In this document: in pieces, positions 57,771 through 64,000 of the stretch | Position numbering within the stretch: position 1 is the first letter of the stretch | Layout of the letters: each line of letters opens with the position of its first letter | Source of the DNA: Paraphysomonas bandaiensis | Lineage: Eukaryota; Protista; Chrysophyceae | NCBI GenBank assembly: GCA_965644295.1 | Contig: CBFFRP010000110.1 | Span: 1-64,000, forward strand | Direction: 5' to 3' | DNA length: 64,000 nt | Made by a program: the position numbers and the translations under genes | The notes under the pieces: generated by a model | Databases searched by the model: none | What the model was told of the DNA's origin: nothing | What the model saw: the letters and a program-made list of their open reading frames with translations, nothing else

Positions 57771-60700
57771 ATGGAGGAGGAACTCCGAGATCAACTCGTG
57801 GAAAAAGACAAAATAATACAAGCTTTAAAAGAAAAAACGAAAGCTTATGTACAGAAAATTAAAAACGAACATATTGAGGAAGTGAACAGAGAAAAGGAGA
57901 ATTCGAAGCAAGCTCAGGTGGAAATAATCATGAAGAAAAGGTTGGTCGATGGGCTAATGATCTATACAGGATAAGGTGGATGCTGCAAAGGCATATATAC
58001 TGAAAATTCGACAAGATTTTCAAAATGAAATAGAATCGAACACAAAACAGATGGATTCTTTAAAGGAAGAGCTCAATAGTACGATATCTTCGAAACTGGC
58101 ACTTCAGGTGAAAAACACGGTCACCATAACACTAAACTTCAGCATCGCTTACATATCATCACAAAGAAGTACATGTCATGACCATTTTCGATGCATTGTA
58201 TGTGTGGAGTATGTAAGTGTATATTCTGTACAGGATGAGCTGGCATCACTAGCTGCTGCAAAGGAGGTCTGTGAAGCTACTAACCAGTCACAGAAGGAAG
58301 AGTTAGAGAAGTTGAAGCATGAATTGTCTATGTGTGAGGAAGATCGGTCTCATCAGGTGGAGTCTCTTCGTGAGGAGTTGTCAACTTTGGAGAGAAAACA
58401 TCAAGAGGAACGTGAGCAAGCGGATGGTGCGGACAATAGCTTACGTTTACGTCTGGAGCAGTTGCAGGTGTGTATAATTTAATGTGTGTGATGTATGAAA
58501 GCTATGATGGGCGTGTCTTTGTCGAGACAAGCTTTAAGCATGTAGATGAAATTGTTGATGCATTGTATGTGTGGAGTATGTAAGTGTATATTCTGTACAG
58601 GATGAGCTGGCATCACTAGCTGCTGCAAAGGAGGCCTGTGAAGCTACTAACCAGTCACAGAAGGAAGAGTTGGAGAAGTTGAAGCATGAGTTGTCTATGT
58701 GTGAGGAAGATCGGTCTCATCAGGTGGAGTCTCTTCGTGAGGAGTTGTCAACTTTGGAGAGAAAACATCAAGAGGAACGTGAGCAAGCGGATGGTGCGGA
58801 CAATAGCTTACGTTTACGTCTGGAGCAGTTGCAGGTGTGTATAATTTAATGTGTGTGATGTATGAAAGCTATGACGGGCGTGTCTTTGCCGAGACAAGCT
58901 TTAAGCATGTAGATGAAATTGTTGATGCATTGTATGTGTGGAGTATGTAAGTGTATATTCTGTACAGGATGAGCTGGCATCACTAGCTGCTGCAAAGGAG
59001 GCCTGTGAAGCTACTAACCAGTCACAGAAGGAAGAGTTAGAGAAGTTGAAGCATGAGTTGTCTATGTGTGAGGAAGATCGGTCTCATCAGGTGGAGTCTC
59101 TTCGTGAGGAGTTGTCAACTTTGGAGAGAAAACATCAAGAGGAACGTGAGCAAGCGGATGGTGCGGACAATAGCTTACGTTTACGTCTGGAGCAGTTGCA
59201 GGTGTGTATAATTTAATGTGTGTGATGTATGAAAGCTATGATGGGCGTGTCTTTGTCGAGACAAGCTTTAAGCATGTAGATGAAATTGTTGATGCATTGT
59301 ATGTGTGGAGTATTTAAGTGTATATTCTGTACAGGATGAGCTGGCATCACTAGCTGCTGCAAAGGAGGCCTGTGAAGCTACTAACCAGTCACAGAAGGAA
59401 GAGTTAGAGAAGTTGAAGCATGAGTTGTCTATGTGTGAGGAAGATCGGTCTCATCAGGTGGAGTCTCTTCGTGAGGAGTTGTCAACTTTGGAGAGAAAAC
59501 ATCAAGAGGAACGTGAGCAAGCGGATGGTGCGGACAATAGCTTACGTTTACGTCTGGAGCAGTTGCAGGTGTGTATAATTTAATGTGTGTGATGTATGAA
59601 AGCTATGACGGGCGTGTCTTTGCCGAGACAAGCTTTAAGCATGTAGATGAAATTGTTGATGCATTGTATGTGTGGAGTATGTAAGTGTATATTCTGTACA
59701 GGATGAGCTGGCATCACTAGCTGCTGCAAAGGAGGCCTGTGAAGCTACTAACCAGTCACAGAAGGAAGAGTTAGAGAAGTTGAAGCATGAGTTGTCTATG
59801 TGTGAGGAAGATCGGTCTCATCAGGTGGAGTCTCTTCGTGAGGAGTTGTCAACTTTGGAGAGAAAACATCAAGAGGAACGTGAGCAAGCGGATGGTGCGG
59901 ACAATAGCTTACGTTTACGTCTGGAGCAGTTGCAGGTGTGTATAATTTAATGTGTGTGATGTATGAAAGCTATGATGGGCGTGTCTTTGTCGAGACAAGC
60001 TTTAAGCATGTAGATGAAATTGTTGATGCATTGTATGTGTGGAGTATTTAAGTGTATATTCTGTACAGGATGAGCTGGCATCACTAGCTGCTGCAAAGGA
60101 GGCCTGTGAAGCTACTAACCAGTCACAGAAGGAAGAGTTAGAGAAGTTGAAGCATGAGTTGTCTATGTGTGAGGAAGATCGGTCTCATCAGGTGGAGTCT
60201 CTTCGTGAGGAGTTGTCAACTTTGGAGAGAAAACATCAAGAGGAACGTGAGCAAGCGGATGGTGCGGACAATAGCTTACGTTTACGTCTGGAGCAGTTGC
60301 AGGTGTGTATAATTTAATGTGTGTGATGTATGAAAGCTATGATGGGCGTGTCTTTGTCGAGACAAGCTTTAAGCATGTAGATGAAATTGTTGATGCATTG
60401 TATGTGTGGAGTATTTAAGTGTATATTCTGTACAGGATGAGCTGGCATCACTAGCTGCTGCAAAGGAGGCCTGTGAAGCTACTAACCAGTCACAGAAGGA
60501 AGAGTTAGAGAAGTTGAAGCATGAGTTGTCTATGTGTGAGGAAGATCGGTCTCATCAGGTGGAGTCTCTTCGTGAGGAGTTGTCAACTTTGGAGAGAAAA
60601 CATCAAGAGGAACGTGAGCAAGCGGATGGTGCGGACAATAGCTTACGTTTACGTCTGGAGCAGTTGCAGGTGTGTATAATTTAATGTGTGTGATGTATGA

Positions 60701-63700
60701 AAGCTATGATGGGCGTGTCTTTGCCGAGACAAGCTTTAAGCATGTAGATGAAATTGTTGATGCATTGCATGTGTGGAGTATGTAAGTGTATATTCTGTAC
60801 AGGATGAGCTGGCATCACTAGCTGCTGCAAAGGAGGCCTGTGAAGCTACTAACCAGTCACAGAAGGAAGAGTTAGAGAAGTTGAAGCATGAGTTGTCTAT
60901 GTGTGAGGAAGATCGGTCTCATCAGGTGGAGTCTCTTCGTGAGGAGTTGTCAACTTTGGAGAGAAAACATCAAGAGGAACGTGAGCAAGCGGATGGTGCG
61001 GACAATAGCTTACGTTTACGTCTGGAGCAGTTGCAGGTGTGTATAATTTAATGTGTGTGATGTATGAAAGCTATGATGGGCGTGTCTTTGTCGAGACAAG
61101 CTTTAAGCATGTAGATGAAATTGTTGATGCATTGTATGTGTGGAGTATTTAAGTGTATATTCTGTACAGGATGAGCTGGCATCACTAGCTGCTGCAAAGG
61201 AGGCCTGTGAAGCTACTAACCAGTCACAGAAGGAAGAGTTAGAGAAGTTGAAGCATGAGTTGTCTATGTGTGAGGAAGATCGGTCTCATCAGGTGGAGTC
61301 TCTTCGTGAGGAGTTGTCAACTTTGGAGAGAAAACATCAAGAGGAACGTGAGCAAGCGGATGGTGCGGACAATAGCTTACGTTTACGTCTGGAGCAGTTG
61401 CAGGTGTGTATAATTTAATGTGTGTGATGTATGAAAGCTATGATGGGCGTGTCTTTGTCGAGACAAGCTTTAAGCATGTAGATGAAATTGTTGATGCATT
61501 GCATGTGTGGAGTATGTAAGTGTATATTCTGTACAGGATGAGCTGGCATCACTAGCTGCTGCAAAGGAGGCCTGTGAAGCTACTAACCAGTCACAGAAGG
61601 AAGAGTTAGAGAAGTTGAAGCATGAGTTGTCTATGTGTGAGGAAGATCGGTCTCATCAGGTGGAGTCTCTTCGTGAGGAGTTGTCAACTTTGGAGAGAAA
61701 ACATCAAGAGGAACGTGAGCAAGCGGATGGTGCGGACAATAGCTTACGTTTACGTCTGGAGCAGTTGCAGGTGTGTATAATTTAATGTGTGTGATGTATG
61801 AAAGCTATGATGGGCGTGTCTTTGTCGAGACAAGCTTTAAGCATGTAGATGAAATTGTTGATGCATTGCATGTGTGGAGTATGTAAGTGTATATTCTGTA
61901 CAGGATGAGCTGGCATCACTAGCTGCTGCAAAGGAGGCCTGTGAAGCTACTAACCAGTCACAGAAGGAAGAGTTAGAGAAGTTGAAGCATGAGTTGTCTA
62001 TGTGTGAGGAAGATCGGTCTCATCAGGTGGAGTCTCTTCGTGAGGAGTTGTCAACTTTGGAGAGAAAACATCAAGAGGAACGTGAGCAAGCGGATGGTGC
62101 GGACAATAGCTTACGTTTACGTCTGGAGCAGTTGCAGGTGTGTATAATTTAATGTGTGTGATGTATGAAAGCTATGATGGGCGTGTCTTTGTCGAGACAA
62201 GCTTTAAGCATGTAGATGAAATTGTTGATGCATTGTATGTGTGGAGTATTTAAGTGTATATTCTGTACAGGATGAGCTGGCATCACTAGCTGCTGCAAAG
62301 GAGGCCTGTGAAGCTACTAACCAGTCACAGAAGGAAGAGTTAGAGAAGTTGAAGCATGAGTTGTCTATGTGTGAGGAAGATCGGTCTCATCAGGTGGAGT
62401 CTCTTCGTGAGGAGTTGTCAACTTTGGAGAGAAAACATCAAGAGGAACGTGAGCAAGCGGATGGTGCGGACAATAGCTTACGTTTACGTCTGGAGCAGTT
62501 GCAGGTGTGTATAATTTAATGTGTGTGATGTATGAAAGCTATGATGGGCGTGTCTTTGTCGAGACAAGCTTTAAGCATGTAGATGAAATTGTTGATGCAT
62601 TGTATGTGTGGAGTATTTAAGTGTATATTCTGTACAGGATGAGCTGGCATCACTAGCTGCTGCAAAGGAGGCCTGTGAAGCTACTAACCAGTCACAGAAG
62701 GAAGAGTTAGAGAAGTTGAAGCATGAGTTGTCTATGTGTGAGGAAGATCGGTCTCATCAGGTGGAGTCTCTTCGTGAGGAGTTGTCAACTTTGGAGAGAA
62801 AACATCAAGAGGAACGTGAGCAAGCGGATGGTGCGGACAATAGCTTACGTTTACGTCTGGAGCAGTTGCAGGTGTGTATAATTTAATGTGTGTGATGTAT
62901 GAAAGCTATGATGGGCGTGTCTTTGTCGAGACAAGCTTTAAGCATGTAGATGAAATTGTTGATGCATTGTATGTGTGGAGTATTTAAGTGTATATTCTGT
63001 ACAGGATGAGCTGGCATCACTAGCTGCTGCAAAGGAGGCCTGTGAAGCTACTAACCAGTCACAGAAGGAAGAGTTAGAGAAGTTGAAGCATGAGTTGTCT
63101 ATGTGTGAGGAAGATCGGTCTCATCAGGTGGAGTCTCTTCGTGAGGAGTTGTCAACTTTGGAGAGAAAACATCAAGAGGAACGTGAGCAAGCGGATGGTG
63201 CGGACAATAGCTTACGTTTACGTCTGGAGCAGTTGCAGGTGTGTATAATTTAATGTGTGTGATGTATGAAAGCTATGATGGGCGTGTCTTTGTCGAGACA
63301 AGCTTTAAGCATGTAGATGAAATTGTTGATGCATTGTATGTGTGGAGTATTTAAGTGTATATTCTGTACAGGATGAGCTGGCATCACTAGCTGCTGCAAA
63401 GGAGGCCTGTGAAGCTACTAACCAGTCACAGAAGGAAGAGTTAGAGAAGTTGAAGCATGAGTTGTCTATGTGTGAGGAAGATCGGTCTCATCAGGTGGAG
63501 TCTCTTCGTGAGGAGTTGTCAACTTTGGAGAGAAAACATCAAGAGGAACGTGAGCAAGCGGATGGTGCGGACAATAGCTTACGTTTACGTCTGGAGCAGT
63601 TGCAGGTGTGTATAATTTAATGTGTGTGATGTATGAAAGCTATGATGGGCGTGTCTTTGTCGAGACAAGCTTTAAGCATGTAGATGAAATTGTTGATGCA

Positions 63701-64000
63701 TTGTATGTGTGGAGTATTTAAGTGTATATTCTGTACAGGATGAGCTGGCATCACTAGCTGCTGCAAAGGAGGCCTGTGAAGCTACTAACCAGTCACAGAA
63801 GGAAGAGTTAGAGAAGTTGAAGCATGAGTTGTCTATGTGTGAGGAAGATCGGTCTCATCAGGTGGAGTCTCTTCGTGAGGAGTTGTCAACTTTGGAGAGA
63901 AAACATCAAGAGGAACGTGAGCAAGCGGATGGTGCGGACAATAGCTTACGTTTACGTCTGGAGCAGTTGCAGGTGTGTATAATTTAATGTGTGTGATGTA
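57771..64000 (+). CDS. Long coiled-coil protein, 3'-incomplete: exons 57771-57917, 57970-58107, then at least 16 repeated 234-bp exons
   Basis: Each repeat exon (first 58234-58467, 78 aa) is bounded by TACAG| and CAG|GTGTGT, phase 0. E/K/L/Q-rich heptad pattern. Confidence 0.88.
58190..64000 (+). repeat. Tandem array of 367-bp units (234-bp exon + 133-bp intron), ~16 copies, running off the window
   Basis: ORF starts are spaced exactly 367 bp apart from 58571 to 63709. Confidence 0.97.

Noticed and set aside
58571-63987. Fifteen separate 92-aa genes, or a CRISPR-like array
   Set aside because: The ORFs start at GTG inside the intron and read through splice sites, so they are exons of one gene. 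There are no unique spacers.

Overview
Eukaryotic nuclear DNA with compact genes and short (~45-55 nt) GT-AG introns. The ciliary gene content and style suggest a flagellated protist, probably a stramenopile (inference). Host genes: a CFAP97/hemingway-like protein, an ASH-domain protein, an FG-GAP/integrin-alpha-like membrane protein, a Bub1/Mad3 (MadBub) checkpoint protein, a GT77 glycosyltransferase, an axonemal dynein light chain-domain protein, SURF6/RRP14, a six-LIM protein, SKI2, a PH protein, and a coiled-coil gene built from at least 16 tandem exon+intron units that runs off the window. Mobile DNA: two apparently identical intact-ORF Ty1/copia elements with non-canonical TA...TA LTR ends and a start codon formed by the LTR end plus the PBS; a remnant of a sister copia family with canonical TG...CA ends; gypsy remnants; and a C/A-rich fragment encoding tandem OTU-like domains. 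There is also a tail-less retroposon family (4 copies, 3 with 13-16 bp target-site duplications) carrying a covarying RNA structure. The most notable items are that retroposon/RNA module, an eight-fold tandem array of ABBA (Cdc20-binding) motifs in MadBub, the TA...TA copia, and the exon-intron array. No rRNA, tRNA or CRISPR was found. All family assignments are by motif recognition, not database search.
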